A stretch of DNA of 64,000 bases from Lama guanicoe (taxonomy: Eukaryota): contig MU054323.1 in NCBI GenBank assembly GCA_013239625.1, positions 8,731,220 through 8,795,219 on the forward strand. The letters are read 5' to 3'. Positions 13,473 to 26,200 of the stretch are shown piece by piece. The position numbers and the translations under genes are program-made. Positions within the stretch are counted from its first letter, which is position 1. Each line of letters starts with the position of its first letter. The notes beneath the pieces are model-generated. The model was not told the DNA's origin. It searched no databases and saw only the letters and a program-made list of their open reading frames with translations.

Positions 13473-15099
13473 TCACAAATCATGGTGAGGGTGTTAGGAG
13501 ATGGGGAGAGAGGAGTAGAACTCAATTTAGAAAGACATTCTGACACAAAACTGAGAGCCACATAGATGAGAAGTTGGCCACGCCAGTAGCCTGGGGAGGG
13601 GTCTTCCAGGCAGAGGAGTGATAGGGAACATGGTGTCTTCAGAGAACTGACAGAGAAGCAGTGCAGCAGAGACCAGAGCAAGCAAGACAGCAGTACTCAA
13701 TAAAGCTGGAGTGAGAGGACCACGCTGGGCCTGCAGACTGAGCTAAGGAGCTCACTGTACGTGTGCTACACTTCCCATGCCTTCTGCTCTCTTCCCAGGG
13801 CTAGTGAAGAAATGACTCAGGGTGTTCTGCTAGTTCTGTCATTCCACAATGGTGACAAAAGGCTGGAGGTCAGTTAGAGAAATCTGGCCTAGTACAAACC
13901 ATCAAAAAATTGTCAGCTTTAGCTCCTTTAGATGACAAACCTCACAACTCATCTAACCCAGAACCTATGAACTGGATGAGTGATGCCACCGATTTTCATC
14001 CCCAACCCTATACTGATCACAGATCTACGGACATAAACCAACACAGTGGTCACTGTACCTGTTGCACATGGACTCCTCAGTTAGTTTGCTCAGATGGTTC
14101 ACATCTTTGGGGTGCAGTATTGATTTACAACCAAAAACCTAGAAGGGGAGGTAAATGTGCACAAGTAACTGTAATAAAGGGAAGAGATAATAAAAGCCAC
14201 AAGAGGAGTAACAGAGTGAGGACGAAACAATAAAGCTCTTTCAATTGCATGTTATAGGAGACACTGAGTGCTTCTTTGTGAAGAAAACCAACATCATGAA
14301 GTGGTAAATTGTAAGTGGTGCAAACCTCCTGTAGGAGATCACAGGGGGTGAGGCCAAGTAGAGGTAGGTGCGCTCATTCCCTGTAGGTGGCATGTAAATT
14401 GGTTAGGGAGGCCAACTGGTACTTTTGCTAACTTTTCTTTCTAGAAAGTTAGCAATATGGATTAAAAGCCTCAAAAAAATTCGCTTTGACCCTGTAATTC
14501 CATTTCCAGGAATCTACCCTAAAGGAAAAAAAAAGATTTATTTAAAGATTAATATACAAGAATTTTCATAATAAGGTCGTTACACTATCAAATGATAGAA
14601 ACAACTATCCAATCTGGATTATATAATTACATTATGGTACATCCTCACAATGAAATCATATTCAAAGGAAGCTTCTGAAGAACAGTAATGACGATTGGAA
14701 ACGCTCAAGAGATTTTAAGGTAACATATAAAGAAACTAATAACTACAGTATGTAATTATTAGGATAAATGCTTTTACAGAGCAAGGTGGGAACAACTGAG
14801 GGAATGAAGGAAAGATTTCTAGGAATACTGACATATGATGCAGGTCTTAAAGCATGGTTAGGAGTTTGCAGGCGGAAGGGAAAAGAGGACCAAGTGGAGA
14901 CACCTAAATGCTGAAAAAGAAGACTGGGGAGAGAATATACCTCTTGAGAAAGGTTTGCAGCAACCATACCTCTTACACAGCCACGGTCTGCAAGCGCTTT
15001 TATCTTTCCGTAAGTGAGTGGATGAACCCTGACCCTAATCAGGATGAGTCCTCTCCTACCGGAGAAGGGATATCCCCGGGAGGCTACACCCCAGGGTGT

Positions 15100-15370
15100 A
15101 GGAACCAACGCTTCGCAGCCCTTAGCGGCTGGAGTCAGGTAGATCCCTACGCTCATGCGTGCCCCGAGTGAAATAAGTCCCAGGGCCGATGTAGCCTCAC
15201 CTCCCAAACCTTCCGGCAGCGCCAAAAAGCGACCTGGAGTGGCGACACAGTGCGCAAGCGCAGCCGGCCGCTGGACCACGGGCCGTGTGAAGTTTGGCAC
15301 CTTGATGGAGGTTGTCTGAGGCTTCTGAGGCTGAAGAGAACGACTTCGAGGTAGACGCCAGGCTGGGTGG
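15100..15370 (+). promoter_or_regulatory. Small CpG-rich promoter / probable non-coding exon 1 of DNAJC5G
   Basis: CpG cluster about 0.9 kb upstream of the DNAJC5G ATG; NRF1-like TGCGCAAGCGCA at 15251-15262; candidate donor GAG|GTAGAC after 15350. Confidence 0.55.
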
Positions 15371-16169
15371 AGGCTCCACACAGAGCCAGAGGGACCTGGG
15401 GAACTAGAGCATTCCCTTCTGAGCTTGTTGGCTTGATTCTCCGAGGTCACAGCCTCTCAAGCTCTCCCCAACTCTCTGGGGTCCACTCGCAGTTCCCTCT
15501 TTGGTCTGCCCCACAGCTCCCGTTTTCCACTTCCTCCTTTATCCCTTGTCTCATCCCTCTGTTCTCCCCGAGGGGCTGGGGTGGGATGGTTTGAGGGGGG
15601 ACTAGGAGGAAGAAAGTCTCTGGTCTAGTGCAGGCACTGCTTTCTGGCCTGGCTTTTGGACATCTGACTTCTTTAGACGGCTCAGGATTTGGTCTGACTT
15701 GTTTCTTCCTTGGAAATTGAGGACCTCCCGAATTCTTGACCCAGTCTATAAAGAGGCTGGGGCCCTGCTGGACTTTCAAACCCAGCAAGGAACCAGAACA
15801 AGCTCTGGGCTGTTTATTCAAGGTACTAATAGCTCTGGACAAGATCAGTCTTTTCCCAGGGTTTAGACCTCCCCTTGCTTCCCTTCTGTAGAATATGGGA
15901 TGTCTGGAGGTCTGTGTATCTGAAGGACACTAGGACATGTGAGGAGAAGATGTTTCCTCTTTAAAATCTGAATTTGAATGTCTTTTCTGGTCACCAGCAC
16001 TCTCCTGCTAGTCACAGATCTCACTCACTGTTGTCTTATACTTGTCCACTGTAGTCACTTATCTGCCCAGCCCCTGAAGGTGGTGAGTTTCCAGTCAGTG
16101 GAAGTTCATTTCTCTGCGGCCCCACCTGTGGAAGTTCTCACAGATGCTTCTTCTGTTCTGACCCAGATC

Positions 16170-16282
16170 ATGACTCATGTGGACGAAGCAGCCCGCCGAT
16201 TGTCCAAATCTGGGTCAACTCTCTACACAGTGCTGGAGCTTAAGAAGGGCGCCTCACCTGAAGACGTCAAAAAGGCCTACAG
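16170..16282 (+). CDS. DNAJC5G: DNAJC5G first coding exon
   Basis: [56 protein letters not shown]. Confidence 0.9.
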
Positions 16283-17646
16283 GTTCAGACCCAGCCCTTT
16301 ATTAAACCCTGGAATTCTCCCCCTTAAGCCCTTTTCCTTTCTCTTGCTTTCTGACCCATTTTTAAATCCCCAGGCCTTCACTTTGGGGCCAGATGGGGTC
16401 AGCATCCTCTTCAGTGTGACATGGGAAGGAATTGAGGCTTGGGCTGCTTGCCTCCATCCTTGGTACCATATCTCATGCATTCTTTTTTCACTATCTAGAG
16501 ACCTATCCCTGTCATTCATCCTAACCCTCCCTCCCCAGCCATTCCCCCCATGCTCTCCTCATTCTCCTTTTGCTTGGGTAGGAGACTGGCTTTGAAGTAT
16601 CATCCAGACAAGAATCCAGGGGACCCTCAAGCAGCAGAAATATTCAAAGAGATCAACACAGCCCACTCCGTACTGAGTGACCCTAAGAAGCGGAAAATTT
16701 ACGATCGGCATGGCTCATTGGGAATATATATCTATGACCACTTTGGCGAAGAAGGCGTCACGTACTATTTTACGATGAATAGTTGTTGGTTCAAGGTACA
16801 CAATTCCTCCTAGTCTCTTAAGAATAGGGAAGGAGGGGTGAGCCTACTCTCCTGGGACAGCTAATCCTCCTCTCCTAGGATAAATGCTTCTGTGGTCTCA
16901 TATACCAGGGGCTGGAAGATTGCGGGATGGGAGTTTGAATGGAAATACGGAACTGCTGGCCAGAAGCCGTTCTTTCCTACCTTTTAGACGCTTGTCATCC
17001 TGTGTGCTCTGCTCACCTGTTGCTGCTGCTGCTGCTGCTGCTGCTTTTGCTGTGGAGCACTTAAGCCACCACCCGAGGAAGCAGCTAAGAAAAAATATGA
17101 GCCGAACGTCCAGTATCAACCTCCAAGTTCAGGTGAGAACCATAAAAAGGGACGGGGGTAAGAGCTGGATTAGGGATGGAAGAAATGGTTGGGGGTGAAA
17201 CTGTGACTTCCCAAATATGGGAGTCTCAAGTCAGTATTGGGGCAAAGTGAGGAGGGAGAAGGGGATACCCTTGGTTTCTGAGGGACTTATGCCACAAACT
17301 GGCAGCTTGAGTGTAGCGTTGGCTTCTCCTGACTGTTAAGCTGGTTGAATGGAGTGGGTGTTAAGGTAAGGAATGGGGTGGGAGACTATGCCTCGAAAAG
17401 GCAGTAGTTGAAGACAAATTCATTGCATTTACTCAAGAGAAAGATAATGTCTGAGATTATCCCCTAAAGTGTCGGTTGACTGAAGTTCACACCAATGCTA
17501 CCTACTGACATGAATGCATAACTTCAAGTAACTGTTTTCTCACCCGCAGGCTAAAACATTCTTACTTAAATTGTTTATATATGTTTTTCAATTCCATCAT
17601 AGGACACAGATTTAGAAGAGGGGAAGATACTTCTAGTGAAGATTAA
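16170..17646 (+). CDS. DNAJC5G: DnaJ homolog subfamily C member 5G (cysteine string protein gamma), 171 aa; join(16170..16282,16582..16795,16988..17132,17603..17646)
   Basis: J-domain with HPD ([16 protein letters not shown]), cysteine string [17 protein letters not shown] junctions, 516 nt ending in TAA; position between SLC30A3 and TRIM54. Confidence 0.93.
16582..16795 (+). CDS. DNAJC5G: DNAJC5G coding exon 2 (HPD motif)
   Basis: GGGTAG| acceptor; [11 protein letters not shown]...MNSCWFK; AAG|GTACA. Confidence 0.92.
16988..17132 (+). CDS. DNAJC5G: DNAJC5G coding exon 3 (cysteine string)
   Basis: TTTTAG|; [39 protein letters not shown]. Confidence 0.93.
17021..17044 (+). repeat. (TGC)8 coding trinucleotide repeat
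   Basis: Perfect tgc x8 encoding poly-Cys. Confidence 0.95.
17603..17646 (+). CDS. DNAJC5G: DNAJC5G last coding exon
   Basis: CATAG|; [14 protein letters not shown]; donor after 17667 and probable 3'UTR exon from 17868. Confidence 0.75.
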
Positions 17647-18829
17647 AAAAAGATGAAGAAGAGTGAGGTAAGAAAACTGAAATACTGCAATAACTAAACG
17701 GTAAGATAAGAATAGACACTAATTTCAGGTGAGGCATTAGTGGAAAAGTTTATATCCTTTTAGTATGGGTTTCAGGTGTTTATATTTTTACCTATAGGGG
17801 ATTTGCTTTAAATTCTGGGTGATCATTTATTCTGGTTTAATAAGATGCCAACTTCTTTTACTCTTAGGTGCTGACCTAGTGAGGGCGTCTTCTGCTGCCC
17901 AGTCCACTGGAGCCGCTGAAGAGAGGAGCACGTAGCCCTGACCTGACGTTGACCCTGATTTTCTCCTCTTCTTGTAAGAATCCCATCTTCAGAAACATTG
18001 ATGGCATCCATCCCAGTGAGGATGACATCTTTGTTCTTGATGGTATCATTGACCCTGGCCACACAGGGTCACCCAGCTACTCTTCTTTTTAGCTCCAGTC
18101 CCAACTTTAATCTGTTAGAGAACAGCCCTCCTATCCCTACCCTTGTGAGGTTTTAGGCAGTAGTGACAGTCATTTCCTGAGCATTATTTTTCCTGTGCCT
18201 TCTTTGGGATTTGAGCCACTGTCACCTGGTAGGGCCGGCCCCTTACAGTATCTCCATCAAGATCCTGATAACCAAGCATGGTAGATCCTATCCCAGATGT
18301 GCTGTACCAGCTAACCCTCCTCTGTTGCCACTCTGTGTACCAAGAACTCTTAGTGTCAGCCCCATTCCTAAGCACGCACACCTTTCTGGGGCTGGTCTCA
18401 GCTTCTCCTGGTGCCCGTGCACATTGCCAGCCTCATTCCATGCCACCATGAGACAACTCAGGAAAAGTATCAATGCATCTGAGGCTTTGGGGTACTTATC
18501 CCACCTTTGGATTCTTCCCAGACTGCAGCTACCAGCACAGCACCCATTAGCATGGGGCCTGCGGGTTGACCGAAGTCCACACATCAGAGCCTGCCCACCT
18601 CCATCCTTTTTACGCAGGCTGATCACTGTATGTTTTGTTCGTAAAGCAGGGGCATGCAACATGTGATAGGGTAAAGACTGAGCTTTTATAGACCCTTTCT
18701 CCACGTGTGCCTCTTCACACTGTCTGTTTGGTATCCTCATCACACTGTTTCCCGTCTACGCAGGGTCAGAGCCTAGTACCTCCTCAACTTACCTCTCCTG
18801 ACTTGGAGAAGGGCTAAGCGATGTCAGTA

Positions 18830-18835
18830 AATAAA
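18830..18835 (+). terminator. Candidate DNAJC5G poly(A) signal
   Basis: AATAAA about 1 kb into the putative 3'UTR exon. Confidence 0.5.
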
Positions 18836-19077
18836 AGAACTTTTGTCCAGTCCCAGTGCATATGTTGGGTGCCCCCCAAAACAAATTGTGCTGGGGTAGA
18901 GAAGAAGTCCTGTAGGAGAAAAAGAGAGAGGACTGGTGCTCGCATCTGAGACCAGGCTGCCTTGGAGAGCGGGAGTCCAGGACAACTGTGGAGCTGGGGC
19001 AGAGGCTTCCCAGAGCCTTGTGATTATGACTTTGTCACTGCTCTAAAATTTCCCTGGAGACCCGATTCCCCTGGTGC

Positions 19078-19087
19078 CCAAAATAGG
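19078..19087. promoter_or_regulatory. CArG box (SRF site) upstream of TRIM54
   Basis: CCAAAATAGG fits CC(A/T)6GG; about 1 kb upstream of a striated-muscle gene. Confidence 0.45.
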
Positions 19088-20108
19088 TCCCTTAGCATTC
19101 AGGTCCTTTCTGCCCAGCTCAGCTTCTCTTGATTTCCTAACAAATTTCATGTCCTTGGAGTGGCTCCAGTGACGTGTTCATGGACCAGAGTCCCACACTT
19201 CCTCAGGGGCATGCTCATGGGGTCCTTCCAGGCCCTGGCACACCTGCCGGCTGTAGCCTCCTGGGCTTCATTTCCTAGGAGGACAGAAGGAAGATCTGAG
19301 CAAGAACAAATATGGACTGGAAGTGTTGGACCAGAGCCTCTCTCTGTCATCTCTGGTGCCCTTGTTCTGAATCATAGGGTTCAGAAGAAGAGGGCCAAGA
19401 TTACTGGCTAAGCCTCAGAGTCAGAAACTCTCACTGACTGTAGTTCTGGCAAGATCCTTCCTCCACCCCATTCAGGCTGATTCAGATTGTGTGTCACCAC
19501 CCTGGACAAAGGGCCCAGGCCCACAGGAGCCCTCTGAGTGAGAGCACCTTTGCTGTTCTGACTTCCACCACAAGCAGTGAAGCTCACCCCTGCTCTTGCT
19601 CAAGGGAGTCACCCGTTCCTGAGTGAGTCAGGGTCACTCACTCAGTGACAACTGTGGCTCGCCTTACATGAGCTAAATTGGGAATTGGAATGTCCCACAG
19701 ATGCCCCTTGTTCCCCACCCCCACGTTAAAATTAATCTCCTCTCTGGGGAGTGCGAGACAAACAGTGCTGCCCAGAGAGTGACCAAGAGACGTTTGGGAA
19801 ACAGAAGGAGAAACTTCCAGGGACCGAGCTATTCAGGGAGGGAAGGATAGGAGAAGCTCCATGTGCCTGGCCAGGGTGCAGGACAAAGAGTAACGAGAGA
19901 CAGAGAAGTGTCTGAAAACAGCCATCTAAGGACGAGGCGAACTGTTAGAGGAAGGGACAGGAGAAATAGCAGAGCTATTTCAGGAGTGAGCAACAGAAGC
20001 GAACACAAGAACCCTCAGACTGTCCGAAGTAAACGAGGAAGGGTCCAGGGGCAGTGAGAGAAGGCCAGGACCAGGGCCAAGGCCAGGGTAGGCACAATCG
20101 CTGAGGGG

Positions 20109-20276
20109 ATGAACTTCACAGTGGGTTTCAAGCCGCTGCTAGGGGATGCACACAGCATGGACAGCCTGGAGAAGCAGCTCATCTGCCCCATCTGCCTGGA
20201 GATGTTCTCCAAACCGGTGGTGATCCTACCCTGCCAGCACAACCTGTGCCGCAAGTGTGCCAATGACGTCTTCCAG
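20109..20276 (+). CDS. TRIM54: TRIM54 exon 1 CDS (RING, first part)
   Basis: ATG 20109; CAG|GTAGG. Confidence 0.95.
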
Positions 20277-23200
20277 GTAGGCCGGGGCCAGGGGATGTAG
20301 TGCAGACTTGTGGGAGGCTTCTCGTCAGGTTGGCGCTGAGCCCCCAGCAGGTGATGGGTGGAGCGCTCTACGACGTGGGTGGTGGCTGTCCTGTCTGAAG
20401 GGCAGACGAGCTGGGGGTCCTAGCAGATTCCAAAGTAAGCATGAGTCAGCAGCTGCTCTGCAGGCTGGCGAGTACAGCCTGTGCATGGACAGCAGCCAGA
20501 ATGCTGGCATCTACAGAGGACAGAAGACCCCCATAGACACTGGGAGGGAAGTAATCATACCCCAGGCTGTGTGACAGGCCGTGCTAGACCCTGCATTCCA
20601 GTTTGGAGTTTAAGATTTCGAGAATGATATGGAAAGTCTGGGGAAAATAGCAATGAGATAATGAAACATTAAAAAATAAACTCTGTTGAGAAAGGTCCAT
20701 AATGACAGTGAAACTATTCGTATTTAAAGCAAGGCTGGAATGCATCCATCTTTAGGGGGCAGAGTTAGGACAGTGGGCAGGAGACTGGGAATTCTCCCCC
20801 AACTGAAGTTCACACTTGCACCCCACTCCAGATTGTTCAGTAAAGGAAGCTTGCTGGTTAAGGGGACTGAGGTCACTTAATCAGGGAGAAGGCAGAGAAG
20901 AAATTTTGCTTCCCAGAAATGTAACCAGTTTTGGGTTTTGTGTGGTTGTGGGGCAAACAAAGCATAGCTCATCGAATTCACAGATATCATTTTAGCTACT
21001 GGTTTCAAAAATGAAAGCAGCACATACCAGAAGGGTTTCTGTAAATGGGCTTTCTTTCTTGCCCTATGCCATTGGTGTAGGTTCTAGTAATCTATAAAAA
21101 AGATCAGGTCAAGTGAGGGGTAACAGCACACATGCATGTGTGCACGCACACACGCACACACAAAGTCCTTCCAAATGAAGTAAAAACTTAGAATAGAACA
21201 GAGCTGGCTGCCTTGGTAGGCATGGCAGCGATAAGGAACATCATGAACACATACTCTTTATCTATATCAGAAATTATGAGATGTGTTGAATCCAGTGATT
21301 TTTAAACTAAGAAAATGCTTCCCTTTTAAGTTCTTTGGAGACAGCACATTTGGGGGAAAATACTGGGCTGGCTAATTCAGGCCATCCCACAGCTGTGCCC
21401 CACATCCCACCCTCTGTCTGCTGTCTCCCGTCTTCACTGAGCGCTGAGCCCCATGGTCTCTCCTGCCATCTTCCCATCGAGGCCCATTCCCATCTCCTTT
21501 TCCTCAGAATGTCCAAACCTGCCATTATTTGGCTCCAGAGACCCTCAGAGCCAGTGATTTTTCCTCTCTGGGGGTCTGGACTGATGGCCATGTCTGCTCA
21601 TCCTGGGCATCAGGTCATGTATAAGAAGTTACACCTTGCCCACCATCTTGGTGTTTCCCTTGGTCTGAATAACCCTGAACTTTTTCTTTCAGGCTGAGAT
21701 GCCTAGGAGGGAATGACAAAAAGATTTTGCCATCCCTTCTTATGAATTTGTAGTGAAACATCCTTTCATTAGAGCTGGAAGTATGTGAAAGGAAAGAGAA
21801 GTCTTGAAAGTGAAGGTATCACGTTCTATTTTTTAAAAAGGGACAGTCAGAATATTAAAGTGCACAACACACAGTATCACTGGGCAGAGGGACCCAGGGA
21901 CGGGTCCTATATATGGAGACTGGAGGATGTTTAAGTGACCTCCCTTGTTCAAGTCAGTCTTCTGTATCCAGGCACATTGCTTTGGTTCCTTGAAGCTCTA
22001 GAATACTGACCTGGGCCCAGAGAGACCTGGGAATTGTTTGGGTCAAACCCTGTGCAGAATATTGGGGAGATAATACGATTCCCAGGGCTTGGAGACGGTT
22101 CTGTGGATCTGTACTGATGTGTATCTTTTAAAGTGCATGGTACCCCTGGACCTTCCAAAGAGAGAGGAGTGAACAGCTCATTTCCTTGCTGCTTTATTTG
22201 GGACGGCCTGGTGGGAGGCTGACCCAGTTCTTCAGCTGCACTTATGTATATATACATCTCAGTAGATCTCCCTCTGAAAGATGAGCAGATTTAGTTTTTT
22301 CACACATTGCCTCCACATTTTGACAACTCTAGGCATAATCAGATTGTCTGTTTTCTAAGTATGGGGACAAGAATAGGACTTGCGGTTTCTCTATCTTAAA
22401 ACTACTTAGGAAGAACACCCTTAGAACATTGCCTAGAAAGTTCACAGGACTTAGAAAAGTGATACCAGTATAACACACACTCACATACACATATTTAAAC
22501 TAGACTCACCCTATACCTGCCTTTGTTCACTCTCTGTGCTGTTGTTCCATACCCACACATTCAGACCCGAATCTTCCTTTTTAATGGCTACATAGTGTCC
22601 CATTATTATGACTGGGCCACAGTCTATTTAATCAGTCCTGTGAAACATTTGGATGGTGTCCAGTGTCTTGCTGTCCTGAAACCCGCTATGAGGAACAACA
22701 AACAAGAATTTGAGGGAATTGTGGTTTTAAGACATCAGGTTAACTAGGGAGCCAGGAAGCAAATTGTGAAAAGTTAAAATATTTCATTGAAAATGTTGAA
22801 CAGCACTGGGGGTTTGGTAGGAAATCATCCATACTCCGACCTCCCCCAACACAATTATTTTCATGTTTGCAGACTATTTTCAAGCCCTTGTCGCCACATA
22901 TATTTTTACATAGTTGCCATCACAATTTAACTAGCTCTCTTTAGAGCTGTAATACACTGCGCTCTCTCTCCCTCTGAATTTAAACAGAACAAAACACCAA
23001 AACACCACGTTAACCCCCTCTCATTTCTCTCTCTCTTTCGCACACTTGCACCCACTCAGCTACCAGGCATTTTGACTAGAGGAAAGCTGTCGGTGTGGGA
23101 ATTTGACACAAACATCTTCCCATGTGTTTCCGAATCTGTAAACTCTGTTCACTCCTAAACTCCTTTAAAACAGCCTTCAGTTTATTTTTAAACCTGCCCC

Positions 23201-26200
23201 CGCTTCCCTGTGGGCACTTGTTTTGAGCTGCAACCTGTTGTAACCGAACAGGCAAGCAGAAGGCCTTGTAAGGATGTTGCTCAGAAACAGCTCTTCTGGA
23301 GGGTGTCCATTGAGGGAGAGGTGTGCAGAGATGGAAGTAGCAAGAAAGGGGCCTCCTCCTCTAATAAAGGGCAGTCTGGGAAAGAGATGGCCCTTTTCAC
23401 TTCATCCCAAATTCCAGTTCTTTCTGGGCTAACTGGTAGGATCTGCTGTCGTCACGTACAGGCCAGCCAGTGAAACCCTACACAGCCCGCCTCCCCGGCC
23501 GCTTCCGCCTGCTTCCAAAGGCACCGGGACGTCCCCTTCCCAACCCAGCCTTGAGCAGGTCTCCTCTAGGAGAAATTGGGTTGTTAAAATTTTGTGACTT
23601 GTGTTAACCTTGTAGCAGGGTTAGAGATCTTCCTTACTTTAGGGAAAAAGCTGGGTTTAGTGGGAAACAAGATCGTAGACGGAAGCTCGGCCTTCCTGGG
23701 CTCTAGTCCCACCTGTTTCTTCTTTAATTTGCCATATGATCTAAATCGGGCAGTTTTCACCTCTTCAAGCCTGTTGTTGACACACATACCGGTGAAAAGG
23801 ATGTTTTAAAGTGCTCTTTAACGTCCTTGTAATTCTAACAATCTGATTTCATAAATTCGAGAAATATCATTATGGATTGCCTTTGTTGAAGGGCTTTGCA
23901 TTCTGTCTCTAGTCCAACCTTAGCTCATGCTTCTGCTCACCAGTCCTCTCAGCCAGCCTCCTTGCACAAACCCCTGTGTCACGCTCAGTGCCTGGCCTGT
24001 CAGGCAGAGCTAGCCCTCTGCCCAAAGTCCCTCTCCCACCCACAGCTCAGCTTTTGCTGCACCTAGATTCTTCTAAGGCTTTTATACTTTTCTCCAAATG
24101 TCTGGTCTTCCATCACACAGTTTCCCCAGTATATGCTGAGGATCTGGTTCAGAGGACCTGCATGGCCACTATTCATCCTTGGCCAGGCCATCAGTTGTGG
24201 GGAGATAGCCTCCAGAAACTTGCCCTTGCATCCTGGGCCAGTATCGCAAATCTGCATCACTGTGGGTAGCCAGGAAAGAGGGAAAACATTCTGAGATAAG
24301 TACAGATTTGATAGAGGAACTGCATTCACAGAGCATCTTTCTAGATGGAACATTTCTACTGGATGCTATGGACCATTATGAAGGAAATAGCACCATGTAG
24401 CCTTAAGAGAGACAGCTCATGGCATGTGTGCCAAAGAAAAGTCCTGAACGTGGCCTAGAATTAAATTCCATGTGTTTATTCCATTCCATTTTATCCTTCA
24501 CAGTTAAGAAAGAACAGTTATTTATGTCCTGCGGCTCTGTGTGGTCATGTATTTGTAAGGTCTAGATTAGGGTTGTTAATAACCCCCTGCACAGTGCTTT
24601 ATAATTTACAGAGTACCTCCTCGTGCATGATTCCATTTGAGTTAGAATCGATGTCATTTCCATTTTGCAGGGGAGAACACAGGAAACAGTTTACAGTCAC
24701 CCAGAGGGACAGAGCAGGGACATAAGTCTAGGTGTTCTGTTTTTTGAGTGATGGGATTTTCTCCACACATCACATTACTGACCCATGAAATTTTACTTTA
24801 TGGGGCTGGCTCCCTTGTGTAACTGCAAGATTTAAGGAAAGAACACAGACACTTATGTGTACAATAGAGCCAATCAGTTACTGCTTAGTCTTGAAATAGA
24901 AAGATAAACAGTAGCAGAAGATAGGTTTTGCTAACCGGATATTGTCAGCTAAGAGATCTTCAGCCCAAGGTCGGGACTCTCAGCTATGGAGATGTATTAA
25001 GGAAGTTGCCGTCTGCACCAGAGAGTATAAAATCCCTGTTTGTGATGAGACCATGTAGGGATTCACCATCAGGGCAGGAAGTAATCTCTTTTTGTGCCAT
25101 AGACCTCCTTGTCAGTTTGTAAAGCCTATGGATCCTTGCTAGGGACAATGTGTGTGTGGTCTTTTTTAAGAACAGTGTTTTTAAATGCATAAAACATAAT
25201 ACATATGACTATAAAGAAAGCTGACTGCATTAGAACACAGTGTGCGTTTTTATGCGTTCTCAGTGGGGCTGATACTACCTCGAGTATATCAGTGGTATTT
25301 AAAATTTTTATTGTGATTTTACTTTTTAACTTTTACTTATGTTTCGTGTTCATGTAAAAAATGTCTCCCAGCTTTATTGAGGTATAATTGACAATAATAT
25401 ATATTTAAGTTATACAGTATGATGATTTGATGTATGAGTACACTGTAAAATGATTACCACACATCAAGCTGGTTATCACATCCATCACCTCACATAGTTT
25501 CTCATGTGTATGTTGGGGGGGTGGGGTCTACAGCTCTCTTAGCAAGTGCCAAATATATACAACATAGTATTATTAACTATAGTCATCATGCTATATATCA
25601 GGTCCCCAGAACTTATTGATTTTATAAGTGAAAGTTTGTGTCCTGTAACCAACATCTCCCAGCCCCTGGCAACCACCTTTCTACTCTCTGCTTCTGTGAG
25701 TTGGACATTTTTAGATTTGTGGTATTAAAATTTATTTGGGGGGGGTTAGCCATATAGGGCAAAAGTGTCTAAAACACTCTTAAAAGGTGCAGGAGTGAAA
25801 AAAAGCTTGAGAAACACTGGAATATAATTACCAAAATAATTAGAACATGTTTGATAGGGTAATATATGTGTTTCTCGATGAACACATTAAATAATGAGAT
25901 GAAACAGTGGGCCTGATTACTATAATTTAGAAGTAGTGATAAGTGTAAATTGTTTTTGGAGAATTTGATCAACAACTGTAATGTGATATGAAAATGGCTG
26001 TGATTTCTGTTGGTGACAAAGTCACAGGTACTACTAAACCTATGTGGTTTATTGCCTACCTTTGTACTTGGGGAAAGCGCTCAATTTCTGCTAGATGTTA
26101 GTGAAAATGAACATGTAGTTTCTTCCCCATCCAGATTCACAGAACCCTCTGAACTCTAGTCACAGGTCTTTTGGGGGCTGCGGTCCCCAAGTTAAGTTCT

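Noticed and set aside
14743..15450. 235-aa minus-strand ORF
   Set aside because: Crosses the DNAJC5G promoter, non-ATG start, no recognisable homology
15978..16595. 205-aa ORF in frame with the DNAJC5G start
   Set aside because: Runs through intronic sequence on both sides of a real exon; homology limited to 16170-16282
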